Source: Candidatus Zixiibacteriota bacterium (lineage in GTDB: Bacteria > Zixibacteria > MSB-5A5 > CAIYYT01). From it: a DNA stretch of 14,058 nucleotides. Both the position numbers and the translations under genes were made by a program. The stretch is taken from assembly GCA_040235515.1 (NCBI GenBank), contig JBECKX010000047.1:1-14058 (forward strand). The letters run 5' to 3'. Below, one piece after another: positions 1 through 7,583 of this stretch (positions are counted from its first letter, which is position 1; the number at the start of each line of letters is the position of its first letter). The notes below the pieces were generated by a model. It was not told where the DNA came from and did no database searches. It was given only the letters and a program-made list of their open reading frames with translations.

Positions 1-1512
1 CTCCTGTTGCTGGGAGTGCCGGGCGGCAACAAGCAGGCAATCAAGATGCTCACCCTGGTGACGTCGCTGGTCACGTTCCTTTTCTCCCTTTATCTCTGGA
101 TCAACTTCGTGCCCGGCACACCGAACATGCAGTTCGAGTTCAAACAGAACTGGATTAGCGCACTCGGGGTAAGCTACCACGTCGGCATCGACGGTATCAG
201 CCTCCTGCTGATTCTGCTCACGACGCTCCTGACCGCCATCGCAGTACTCGGAGCCTGGAACTCCGTCGAGGATCGCCTCAAAGGCTTCATGGTCTCGATC
301 CTGATCCTCGAAACAGGTATGCTCGGCGTCTTCGTTTCGCTCGATCTCTTCCTCTTCTATATCTTCTGGGAAGTCATGCTGGTTCCGATGTACTTCCTGA
401 TCGGCATCTGGGGTGGAGTCAGGCGCATCTACGCCGCAATCAAGTTCGTGCTCTTCACCATGTTCGGCTCGCTGCTGATGCTGGTCGCGATCGTCGCGCT
501 CGTTATCCTGAACTACAAAGCTACCGGAGCTTACAGCTTCGATCTGAATTCTTACTACGACCTCGCCCTCGCACCCGGTGTGCAGATGTGGCTCTTCGCG
601 GCCTTTGCGCTGGCATTCCTGATTAAGGTGCCGGTCTTCCCATTCCATACCTGGCTGCCCGATGCCCACGTGCAGGCGCCCACCGCCGGCTCGGTTATCC
701 TTGCTGGTGTGTTGCTCAAGATGGGTACCTATGGTTTCCTGCGCTACTGCATCCCGATGTTCCCGAACGCCTATGAAAGCTTTATTCCCCTGATTGCGGT
801 GCTGGCGCTGATCGGCATCATCTACGGGGCTCTGGTGGCGATGGTGCAGAAGGACGTCAAATCACTCGTCGCCTTCTCGTCGGTGGCGCACATGGGTTTC
901 GTGATGATCGGCATGGTCGCAATGAACCAGCAGGGCCTGGAGGGAAGTATCCTCCAGATGCTCAATCACGGTATCTCCACCGGCGCGTTGTTCCTGATCG
1001 TCGGAATGATCTATGAACGCCGGCACACCCGCATGATCTCTGATTTCGGCGGCATCTTCAAAGTAATGCCCGCCTACGCGACGATCTTCATGATCGTGAC
1101 CCTTTCCTCGATCGGCCTGCCCGGCACCAACGGCTTCGTAGGGGAGTTCCTGATTCTGCTCGGTACTTTCAAGATGAACATCACCTACGCCGTGATCGCT
1201 ACCTTCGGAATTGTCCTGGCAGCAGCCTATATGCTCTGGATGTTCCAGCGTGTCGTGTGGGGCAAAGTCGAGAATCCCGAGAACCAGAACCTCAAAGATA
1301 TGTCTGCGCGGGAGTGGGTGGTCGTCATGCCCTTAGTGCTCCTGATCTTCTGGCTGGGCGTCTACCCCAAGCCCTTCTTCAAAGCTATGGAACCCTCCGT
1401 CCTGAATCTGATGCAGGAGGTTGAAGCTAAGAAGATCAGAATCTCGCAGGAATTCGAACTGACCGACAGCCCGGCCTGGGTTATGACTCAAACGAGGGAA
1501 GGGGCTAGATAA
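1..1512 (+). CDS. nuoM: NADH-quinone oxidoreductase subunit M (5'-truncated by the window edge)
   Basis: The frame is open from base 1 (CTC CTG TTG CTG) to TAA at 1510-1512. Highly hydrophobic, with antiporter-like subunit motifs [39 protein letters not shown] and [15 protein letters not shown]. Lies upstream of nuoN. Confidence 0.96.
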   Translation, partial: LLLLGVPGGNKQAIKMLTLVTSLVTFLFSLYLWINFVPGTPNMQFEFKQNWISALGVSYHVGIDGISLLLILLTTLLTAIAVLGAWNSVEDRLKGFMVSILILETGMLGVFVSLDLFLFYIFWEVMLVPMYFLIGIWGGVRRIYAAIKFVLFTMFGSLLMLVAIVALVILNYKATGAYSFDLNSYYDLALAPGVQMWLFAAFALAFLIKVPVFPFHTWLPDAHVQAPTAGSVILAGVLLKMGTYGFLRYCIPMFPNAYESFIPLIAVLALIGIIYGALVAMVQKDVKSLVAFSSVAHMGFVMIGMVAMNQQGLEGSILQMLNHGISTGALFLIVGMIYERRHTRMISDFGGIFKVMPAYATIFMIVTLSSIGLPGTNGFVGEFLILLGTFKMNITYAVIATFGIVLAAAYMLWMFQRVVWGKVENPENQNLKDMSAREWVVVMPLVLLIFWLGVYPKPFFKAMEPSVLNLMQEVEAKKIRISQEFELTDSPAWVMTQTREGAR

Positions 1513-1514
1513 CG

Positions 1515-1739
1515 ATGGCAAAAATCACGATCTACACGAAAGTTGGCTGTCCCTACTGCGCTGCAGCGAAGAACTACTACGAGCAGGAGGGCATAGAATA
1601 CGATGAAATCGATGTCAAACAGGATGCCGCCGCCGCCAAACGCGCAGAGCAACTCGCCAACGGAGCGCGCCGCGTACCGGTAATCGTCGAAGGCGACAAA
1701 GTCACTATCGGCTTCAGAGGAGGCTCGTGAGGATTCTAA
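1515..1739 (+). CDS. Glutaredoxin-like probable selenoprotein (UXX-star type), 74 aa, C-terminus GFRGGS-U-GF. The ORF track stops it at TGA 1728-1730.
   Basis: CPYC active site plus RVPVI and GF motifs of the glutaredoxin fold. The in-frame sequence is TCG TGA GGA TTC TAA (TAA 1737-1739), followed by a SECIS-like hairpin. The glutaredoxin call is firm; Sec readthrough is inferred. Confidence 0.85.
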
Positions 1740-1766
1740 CGCAGACGGCAGGTGGTCGTCACGATT
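1740..1766 (+). promoter_or_regulatory. Putative bacterial SECIS element
   Basis: Stem GACGGC (1744-1749) pairs with GTCGTC (1755-1760), with one G-U pair, closing loop AGGTG (1750-1754). The loop starts after a 19-nt spacer from the UGA. CAGGU resembles the apical region of the E. coli fdhF SECIS. The stem can be extended imperfectly via CG 1740-1741 / CG 1762-1763. Confidence 0.72.
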
Positions 1767-1813
1767 TTGAAACAGCTTCAAGAATCCGATAGAGCATAGA
1801 TTTGAGATAGAAG

Positions 1814-3268
1814 ATGATAGAAATTCCATCAGTTGACCTTGGTTTGTTGGCACCCAGCCTTACCGTTTGTATTACCGGGCTGATTGCAATGCTGCTCGTG
1901 CCGTTCCTCAAGAACGAGATGCAGGACTTTGTCGCGCACATCAGCTGGCTCGGTCTGATCATCGCGCTCTGGTTCGCCTCCAATCAAATCGGAATCAACG
2001 AAACTACCTTCGCTGGTCAGTTCCTCGCGGATGACTTCAGCCAGTTCTTCAGCCTGATCTTCCTGCTCGGTTCGATCCTGACTGTCTTTATGTCGATGGA
2101 TTACCTCAAGCGCAAGAAGAACAACCATGGCGAATTCTATCCGCTCATCCTCTTTGCGACTTACGGCATGATGGTGATGGCTTCGAGTGCCAATCTGCTC
2201 GTTATCTTCCTCGGCCTGGAGATCATGTCGATCTCCCTCTACGTGCTCGCCGGCTTTGCCCGTGAATCGCTCAGGTCAACCGAGGCTTCCGTCAAGTATT
2301 TCCTGCTTGGCGCCTTTGCCACCGGCTTTACGGTCTTCGGCATCGCCTTCCTCTACGGCGTGACCGGAACCTTTGAGATCTCAGATGCCGTTCGCTATCT
2401 CCAGCAGACGGAATCTATCGATACATTGTTTTTGATCGGCGCCGGCCTCCTCATCATCGGCTTCGGTTTTAAGGTAGCCGCGGTGCCGTTCCACATGTGG
2501 GCCGCAGACGCCTACGAAGGCGCACCCTCACCGGTGACCGGATTTATGTCAGCCGGTCCCAAAGCGGCCGCTTTCGCTGCGCTGCTGAGAATGTTCGCCT
2601 TTGGACAGGTCGAGACGCTGCCCAATATTGAAACCCTCTTCTGGATCCTCGCCGTCGCGACGATGACCGTCGGCAACATTATGGCGCTCCGCCAGGATAA
2701 CATCAAACGAATGCTGGCATTCTCCTCGATCGCCCACGCAGGCTACATCCTGATCGCACTCGTGGTGGGGAATGCTGAATCCGCATCCGCAGCAGCGCTC
2801 TATCTCCTCTGCTATGCCATGACCAATCTTGGTGCCTTCATGATCATCACGCTTGTCGACTCAAGCAGCGAGAAGGAAGTCGCCAACGTCGAAGACTATA
2901 CCGGCCTCGGCCGCTCGCGGCCATTGCTGGGCATCCTCCTCACGATCTTCATGATCTCACTGGCTGGATTCCCGCCGACCGCCGGCTTCATCGGCAAGTT
3001 CATCCTCTTCAAAGCGGCAGTCTCGCAGGGCTTCTATACGATTGTCGTCATCGCGGTGATCAACAGCCTGATTTCAGTCTTCTACTATCTGCGCGTCGTC
3101 GTGCGCATGTTCATGGCCGAAGCCGATACCGAGCCTGTGAAGGTACCAAAGGTACCAGCCTTCATGACCGTAGCGCTCATCTTCGCCATCGCCGCAGTCT
3201 TCCTGCTCGGTGTCTACCCGCAGGGCTGGTTCCCGTTTGATGGCCTCGCAACGATCTTGATGCCTTAA
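1814..3268 (+). CDS. nuoN: NADH-quinone oxidoreductase subunit N
   Basis: 484-aa hydrophobic protein with motifs GLEIMS, EASVKYFLLGA, GFKVAAVPFHMW, KRMLAFSSIAHAGY, SLAGFPPTAGFIGKF and YYLRVV. Last nuo gene before the convergent purF. Confidence 0.96.
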   Translation: MIEIPSVDLGLLAPSLTVCITGLIAMLLVPFLKNEMQDFVAHISWLGLIIALWFASNQIGINETTFAGQFLADDFSQFFSLIFLLGSILTVFMSMDYLKRKKNNHGEFYPLILFATYGMMVMASSANLLVIFLGLEIMSISLYVLAGFARESLRSTEASVKYFLLGAFATGFTVFGIAFLYGVTGTFEISDAVRYLQQTESIDTLFLIGAGLLIIGFGFKVAAVPFHMWAADAYEGAPSPVTGFMSAGPKAAAFAALLRMFAFGQVETLPNIETLFWILAVATMTVGNIMALRQDNIKRMLAFSSIAHAGYILIALVVGNAESASAAALYLLCYAMTNLGAFMIITLVDSSSEKEVANVEDYTGLGRSRPLLGILLTIFMISLAGFPPTAGFIGKFILFKAAVSQGFYTIVVIAVINSLISVFYYLRVVVRMFMAEADTEPVKVPKVPAFMTVALIFAIAAVFLLGVYPQGWFPFDGLATILMP

Positions 3269-3273
3269 CCGAA

Positions 3274-3305
3274 CGCAACCGGCACCAGGTTGTTGCGCCG
3301 TTGCG
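3274..3305 (+). terminator. GC-rich hairpin after nuoN, possible terminator between convergent genes
   Basis: CGCAACCGGC (3274-3283) pairs with GCCGTTGCG (3297-3305) with one bulge. There is no U-tract, so function is uncertain. Confidence 0.3.
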
Positions 3306-3402
3306 GTGGAACACCTGCTGCCACGACCACAGCACACTCCCCTTGACTCTAAATCTCAGTCTGAATGATTACAGGTTTCCCGGCGGGAAATGAATCGGCC
3401 CT

Positions 3403-4866
3403 CTATGCCTTGACTTTGCTGGGCTTGCGCTGTTTCTCGCTCGCCTGGACTTTTCTCTGTTTGACCGCGCTCTTCGATTCATTGCTCAGCTTGCCGTTAC
3501 AGTTCTCGATCTTGGTAGGGTACTCCCCGGAGAAACACGCCACGCAGAAATCCTCCTTCGGGAGTGAATGCATCGAGAGCATCGCGTCGAGACTCAGGTA
3601 ACCGATCGAGTCAACGCCAAACTCCTTGCCGATATCTGCAATCGAAAGGTTGGAGGCGATCAACTCCTCCTTGGTTGGCATGTCGATTCCGTAAAAGCAG
3701 GGGGAGACGATAGGGGGGGAGGATATCCGCAAATGGATCTCTTTCGCTCCGGCATCCCTGATCATCTTTACCAGCTTCTTCATCGTCGTTCCCCGCACGA
3801 TCGAATCGTCAACCACCACGACACGCTTATCCTTCAACACACCCTTGACCGTGTTGAACTTCACCTTCACATCGAGATCACGAATCGTCTGCTGCGGGTC
3901 GATGAATGTACGGCCGACGTAATGATTCCGAATCAGCCCGAGTTCGAACTTGATCTGCGACTGCTCCGAGAAACCGAGCGTCGCGGTGTTAGAGGAGTCC
4001 GGCACCGAGATCACGATATCGGCCTCCACCGGATGTTGCAGGGCAAGGTAGCGCCCCAGCCGCCTGCGAATCTTGTCCACGTTCTCGCCGAAAATCTTGG
4101 AGTCGGGACGCGCAAAGTAGATGAACTCGAATATGCAGAACGCATGCTTCGCCTTCTTGAACGGCATGAACGACTTGATCCCCGCAGTGGTGATCTCTAC
4201 AATCTCACCCGGCTCAACATCCCGAATATACTCGGCGCCAATGATGTCGAAGGAGCATGTCTCCGATGCCACCACCCACTTGTCATCCAGCTTGCCCAGC
4301 GCCAGTGGGCGGAATCCATGCGGGTCGCGAGCTGCGATAATCGAGTTCTCGGTGAGAAACAGCATGCAATACGCCCCCTGCACCTTCTTCAGCGCATCGG
4401 CGATAGCTTCCGGGATCGTCTCCTTCTTGCTCTTCGCGACTAAGTGAAGCACAACTTCCGTATCCGAGGTCGTCTGGAAAATCGATCCCGCTTCCTCAAG
4501 CTTCTGGCGCAGCCCCTGGTCATTCGTGAGGTTGCCATTGTGACCCACCGCCAGGCGGGATCCTTTATAGTTGATGACCAGCGGTTGAACATTCCTCAGT
4601 GTGGAAGCGCCCGCCGTCGAATATCGATTATGGCCGATTGCAATATGCCCCTTAAGGTGGGAGAGCGTCTCAGGTGATCCGAACACGTCGTTCACTTCAC
4701 CCTGACCGCGACGCTCGTGGAAGCGCTCGCCGTCTGATGTCACGATACCGGCCGCTTCCTGGCCTCGGTGCTGCAAGGCATAGAGCCCGAAATAGGTCAG
4801 TTCAGCAGCCGATTCAGTACCGACAATCCCGAATAAACCACATTCACACCTGATATCTTCCGACAT
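3403..4866 (-). CDS. purF: Amidophosphoribosyltransferase, Bacillus-type (propeptide and 4Fe-4S ligands)
   Basis: MSEDIRCE|CGLFG Ntn cysteine after a short propeptide; LQHRGQ, GHNRYST, HNGN, SDTEV, PRPP-binding VVVDDSIVRGTT. Four candidate Fe-S cysteines in FCIFEFIY, PCFYGID and FCVACF. RBS GGAGG at 4871-4875 on the minus strand. Confidence 0.97.
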   Translation of the reverse strand: MSEDIRCECGLFGIVGTESAAELTYFGLYALQHRGQEAAGIVTSDGERFHERRGQGEVNDVFGSPETLSHLKGHIAIGHNRYSTAGASTLRNVQPLVINYKGSRLAVGHNGNLTNDQGLRQKLEEAGSIFQTTSDTEVVLHLVAKSKKETIPEAIADALKKVQGAYCMLFLTENSIIAARDPHGFRPLALGKLDDKWVVASETCSFDIIGAEYIRDVEPGEIVEITTAGIKSFMPFKKAKHAFCIFEFIYFARPDSKIFGENVDKIRRRLGRYLALQHPVEADIVISVPDSSNTATLGFSEQSQIKFELGLIRNHYVGRTFIDPQQTIRDLDVKVKFNTVKGVLKDKRVVVVDDSIVRGTTMKKLVKMIRDAGAKEIHLRISSPPIVSPCFYGIDMPTKEELIASNLSIADIGKEFGVDSIGYLSLDAMLSMHSLPKEDFCVACFSGEYPTKIENCNGKLSNESKSAVKQRKVQASEKQRKPSKVKA

Positions 4867-4888
4867 TCCGCCTCCGAGAAAAACCCGT

Positions 4889-4916
4889 AAATTAGTGCCA
4901 CAGCGGCATTTGTCAA
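4889..4916 (-). promoter_or_regulatory. Putative sigma-70 promoter of purF
   Basis: Minus strand reads TTGACA-N16-TAATTT, just upstream of the RBS. Confidence 0.5.
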
Positions 4917-4980
4917 CAAAAAGTATACGTCAAGTCCCTCTGCGCAGTTGCTCGGCGTAGCGGCACCGCCGACGCCACCC

Positions 4981-5048
4981 TCGCAATTTCCATTGCTGCT
5001 ACTGCAAAATCTATGAATGTCACTGCATAGCAAGTTGTGGCAGTTGCC
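4981..5048 (+). promoter_or_regulatory. Candidate upstream activator (bEBP) binding array
   Basis: TCGCAATTTCCAT (4981-4993) matches TTGCAATTTGCAA upstream of the pilin at 10/13 positions. YGCA/TGCC cores recur every 21 bp (G at 4983, 5004, 5025, 5046). Confidence 0.35.
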
Positions 5049-5175
5049 TCGATATGCTATATTCCCCTCGTACTGCACTTTACACCTTGCGAGCAAGTCG
5101 CTATGTTACAACATCTTAAAGCGCGCTGCGGGAGTCCTAATTCTGATCGCCCAACTCAACCGCGTCACCCGATTG

Positions 5176-5191
5176 CGGCATGCCATTTGCG
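5176..5191 (+). promoter_or_regulatory. Sigma-54 (-24/-12) promoter
   Basis: CGGCATGCCATTTGCG: GG at 5177-5178, exactly 10 nt, GC at 5189-5190, with TTGC. It lies about 23 nt upstream of the ATG at 5214. Confidence 0.7.
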
Positions 5192-5213
5192 CTAAAGAGG
5201 GCAGAGAATAACT

Positions 5214-5972
5214 ATGAGTACGCCTGAAGACCAGAAATACAACTCTCTGCGGAAGTTTATCACCGCACCGGCAAATCCCGCTGAGGCCGTCGAACAGTTG
5301 CGCGAGGCCCTCGATGCGGCATCGGCCGCTCTCGGTGTCGAAGCAGCCGCGGTGGTATTGCTCGACGCTAAGGGTAAACCTATCCTGGAGATCAGAAGCG
5401 GGGATCAGGATCTCGGTGACCTGCTGCGGAATCTGGAACAACGCATGATCGACTCCCTCCGCAGTAAATTCGGTCTTCACAATCTCTACTCCACCCTCAA
5501 TCACGATGGAGAGAAATCAGTGTTTTCCTACATGATCAAGCAAGGCAACAAGAGTCTGGGTGCTGTCTCCGGTATCTGCAATGGCAATCGCAACATCGCG
5601 CTCGAAGAAGAGTTCATTGAAGTCATCGCTGAAGCGCTTAAGAAAGTCTACGGGCAGGCTACCCAGCTCGGCGCCGCCCGCCTCGAGGCCGTCCGTGAGA
5701 CTACCGCGACGCTTAATCATGAGATCAACAACCCGCTTACCGCTGTGCTGGGGAATGTTCAATTGCTGCTGATGAGGGCGGAAGAACTCCCGGAGGATGT
5801 CATCCGCCGTCTGCAATCGATAGAAGAGGGAAGCCTGCGAATCCGTGATGTCCTCAGCCGGATGCTCAGGCTCGAAGAAGCAAAGTCGACTACCTACGTC
5901 GACGATACCACGATGATCGATCTTCAGGAATCAAGCGACTCCGACGAGAGCGATTCTGAAGAGAGTGACTGA
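5214..5972 (+). CDS. GAF-like + HisKA (DHp) domain protein with no ATPase domain
   Basis: H-box TLNHEINNPLTAVLG (His169), a second DHp helix, then TTYVDDTTMIDL and an acidic tail. No N/G1/F/G2 boxes. The N-terminal ~145 aa have a GAF-like helix/strand pattern (inferred). Confidence 0.8.
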   Translation: MSTPEDQKYNSLRKFITAPANPAEAVEQLREALDAASAALGVEAAAVVLLDAKGKPILEIRSGDQDLGDLLRNLEQRMIDSLRSKFGLHNLYSTLNHDGEKSVFSYMIKQGNKSLGAVSGICNGNRNIALEEEFIEVIAEALKKVYGQATQLGAARLEAVRETTATLNHEINNPLTAVLGNVQLLLMRAEELPEDVIRRLQSIEEGSLRIRDVLSRMLRLEEAKSTTYVDDTTMIDLQESSDSDESDSEESD

Positions 5973-6349
5973 AACATCTCTCCGTTGTAACCCCGCCTCG
6001 CCACGAAATGGAAGACGATCAAGCCGATGCCGACAAAGAGGGGAATCAAGCCAAACATCACTTCAGCTCCCAGGTAACCCCTGTGATATCCCGCCTCAAG
6101 CCAGAACGCCAGTAGCAAACCCAATCCGATGCCTGCGAGGATAATCCCCGCTTTCAAACTGCCATAGCGCTCGTACTCTGCGGGAAGGTCCTTGCCCTGT
6201 TTGATCAGCTCCAGCCGCATCTGGTGCCGCATCTGGATGCGCTTGTAGATAAACAGATAAACCATGAAGGCGACCAGGGCGAAAAAGCCCAAACCGAGGA
6301 TTATGCCGGTCAGCATCCCGAAGACATCGGTCAAATCTAAACGCCACAT
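5924..6349 (-). CDS. Small 3-TM membrane protein, DUF6249-like
   Basis: RBS GAGGTG ahead of the ATG at 6349. One TM segment, a charged linker (RHQMRLELIKQG), then SLKAGIILAGIGLG and GLIPLFVGIGLIV. Divergent from the ECF sigma. The 3' end overlaps the convergent HisKA gene by 49 bp. Confidence 0.75.
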   Translation of the reverse strand: MWRLDLTDVFGMLTGIILGLGFFALVAFMVYLFIYKRIQMRHQMRLELIKQGKDLPAEYERYGSLKAGIILAGIGLGLLLAFWLEAGYHRGYLGAEVMFGLIPLFVGIGLIVFHFVARRGYNGEMFQSLSSESLSSESLDS

Positions 6350-6398
6350 CTTTCACCTCTATATGCCAGGAGTCAAATTTCCGTTTCTCAGTTGATTT

Positions 6399-6425
6399 GA
6401 CAGGCATCCCCGCAGATTTGTTTCA
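6399..6425 (-). promoter_or_regulatory. ECF sigma promoter for the DUF6249-like gene
   Basis: Minus strand reads TGAAAC-N17-TGTC, similar to SigW/SigX-type AAC / (C)GTC promoters. Confidence 0.65.
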
Positions 6426-6430
6426 ATAGA

Positions 6431-6457
6431 TGCAACTTTTTTCCGTCGAATCCAGTC
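6431..6457 (+). promoter_or_regulatory. Autoregulatory ECF sigma promoter
   Basis: TGCAAC-N17-AGTC(TAT), with a T-run after the -35, directly before the sigma gene. Confidence 0.6.
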
Positions 6458-6466
6458 TATATGGTC

Positions 6467-7039
6467 ATGAGCAACGCAATTGTTGACAACGATCGGGAAC
6501 TGACAGAGCGCGCCAGGCTCGGTGAACGCTACGCACTGACCAAACTGACCGATACCTACAAGGATCGCGTCTTCGCTCTGATCTACCGCATAGTGGATGA
6601 TGCCCCGCGCGCGGAGGAGTTGACCTACGAGGCCTTCAACCGCGCCTACCGGAATCTCGGCTCTTTTCGCGGGGATGCCAAATTCTCAAGCTGGCTCTAT
6701 CGCATCGCCGTGAATGTCGCACTGGCGGAACGAGCCAGAAAACGGCTCGACCAGGTTTCCCTGACCGAAGCCGAATACCTTGCCGCCGATCACTCAACGC
6801 GACCCGACGTGGCCTACCAGAGCCTCTTCTGTTCGCAGGTTGTAGATAAAGCCCTCTCGCAGTTGCCCCCTCATTATGAGACCGCGCTCCGCCTCTTCTA
6901 CCTGCGTGGGGTTGGATATGTAGAAATCGCGGAGATGATGAAAATCCCGATGGGTACCGTAAAGACCTACCTGCATCGGGGTAAACGCGCGCTCAAGGAA
7001 GTGCTGTCGGGGAAGTATAAACCGGAGGAATTGCTGTGA
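6467..7039 (+). CDS. ECF RNA polymerase sigma factor (SigW/RpoE-like); start at 6461 or 6467
   Basis: Region 2 motifs AEELTYEAF and FRGDAKFSSWLYRIAVN; region 4 HTH YVEIAEMMKIPMGTVKTYLHRGK. About 190 aa. Start 6467 is preferred because 6461 abuts the predicted -10. Confidence 0.93.
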   Translation: MSNAIVDNDRELTERARLGERYALTKLTDTYKDRVFALIYRIVDDAPRAEELTYEAFNRAYRNLGSFRGDAKFSSWLYRIAVNVALAERARKRLDQVSLTEAEYLAADHSTRPDVAYQSLFCSQVVDKALSQLPPHYETALRLFYLRGVGYVEIAEMMKIPMGTVKTYLHRGKRALKEVLSGKYKPEELL

Positions 7040-7545
7040 GCCGCTGTACCGATATGCGCTGGAAGATTCCGCAGTTCCTGAATGGTGACCTTCCCGGCGA
7101 GATGATGGAAGAAGTGCGCGAGCACCTCGACCGCTGTCCCGATTGCGCGGTCGCTCTGGCACATCCCGCCCGAGTTGAAGCCGCTACCCTGATGGAGACC
7201 TCAGCGCTCCCGCAAGACTTCACCGAGAAGTTGCTCGAGCGACTCCCCGTGTCGTTTACCGGAACCAAACTGGCCTATATGATCGGCCTGGCCCTGATAC
7301 TAAGCGGCGCCTTCGGAGCGATAATCTGGGCCGGTATCAGAAACCTGCTCGGCGGTTCACGCAACCTGGTGGATACCGCTGCTACTTATTCTGTCAACAA
7401 TGGCGGAATGTTCGAGTCCCTTTTCTCCTCGGCAACCCTGCAGTACCTGGGCATCGGACTGGCAGCAACCCTGGTCTGCTTCCTCGTGATACTCATCGTG
7501 GATGGTCCGCGCGGCAATCGGCAATCCGCCCGCAGCAAATCGTAG
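7036..7545 (+). CDS. Zinc-binding (ZAS, zf-HC2) transmembrane anti-sigma factor
   Basis: GTGA start/stop overlap with the sigma gene. N-terminal Cys plus HLDRCPDC (Hx3Cx2C). Two C-terminal hydrophobic segments. Confidence 0.88.
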   Translation: MSRCTDMRWKIPQFLNGDLPGEMMEEVREHLDRCPDCAVALAHPARVEAATLMETSALPQDFTEKLLERLPVSFTGTKLAYMIGLALILSGAFGAIIWAGIRNLLGGSRNLVDTAATYSVNNGGMFESLFSSATLQYLGIGLAATLVCFLVILIVDGPRGNRQSARSKS

Positions 7546-7583
7546 AGCACCCCGTAGCGCTAATTCGTCAACGTTCAGTAAAA

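Noticed and set aside
3269..3402. tRNA/ncRNA or antisense promoter in the nuoN-purF gap (TTGACT near 3343; TTTCCC-GGC-GGGAAA at 3376-3390)
   Set aside because: No cloverleaf or T-loop, poor -10 match, and the hairpins lack U-tracts.
3568..4443. 291-aa plus-strand ORF
   Set aside because: Antisense shadow of purF with no recognisable motifs.
4797..5211. Short ORFs in the purF-HisKA intergenic region
   Set aside because: No RBS or motifs; the region is better explained by divergent promoters and activator sites.
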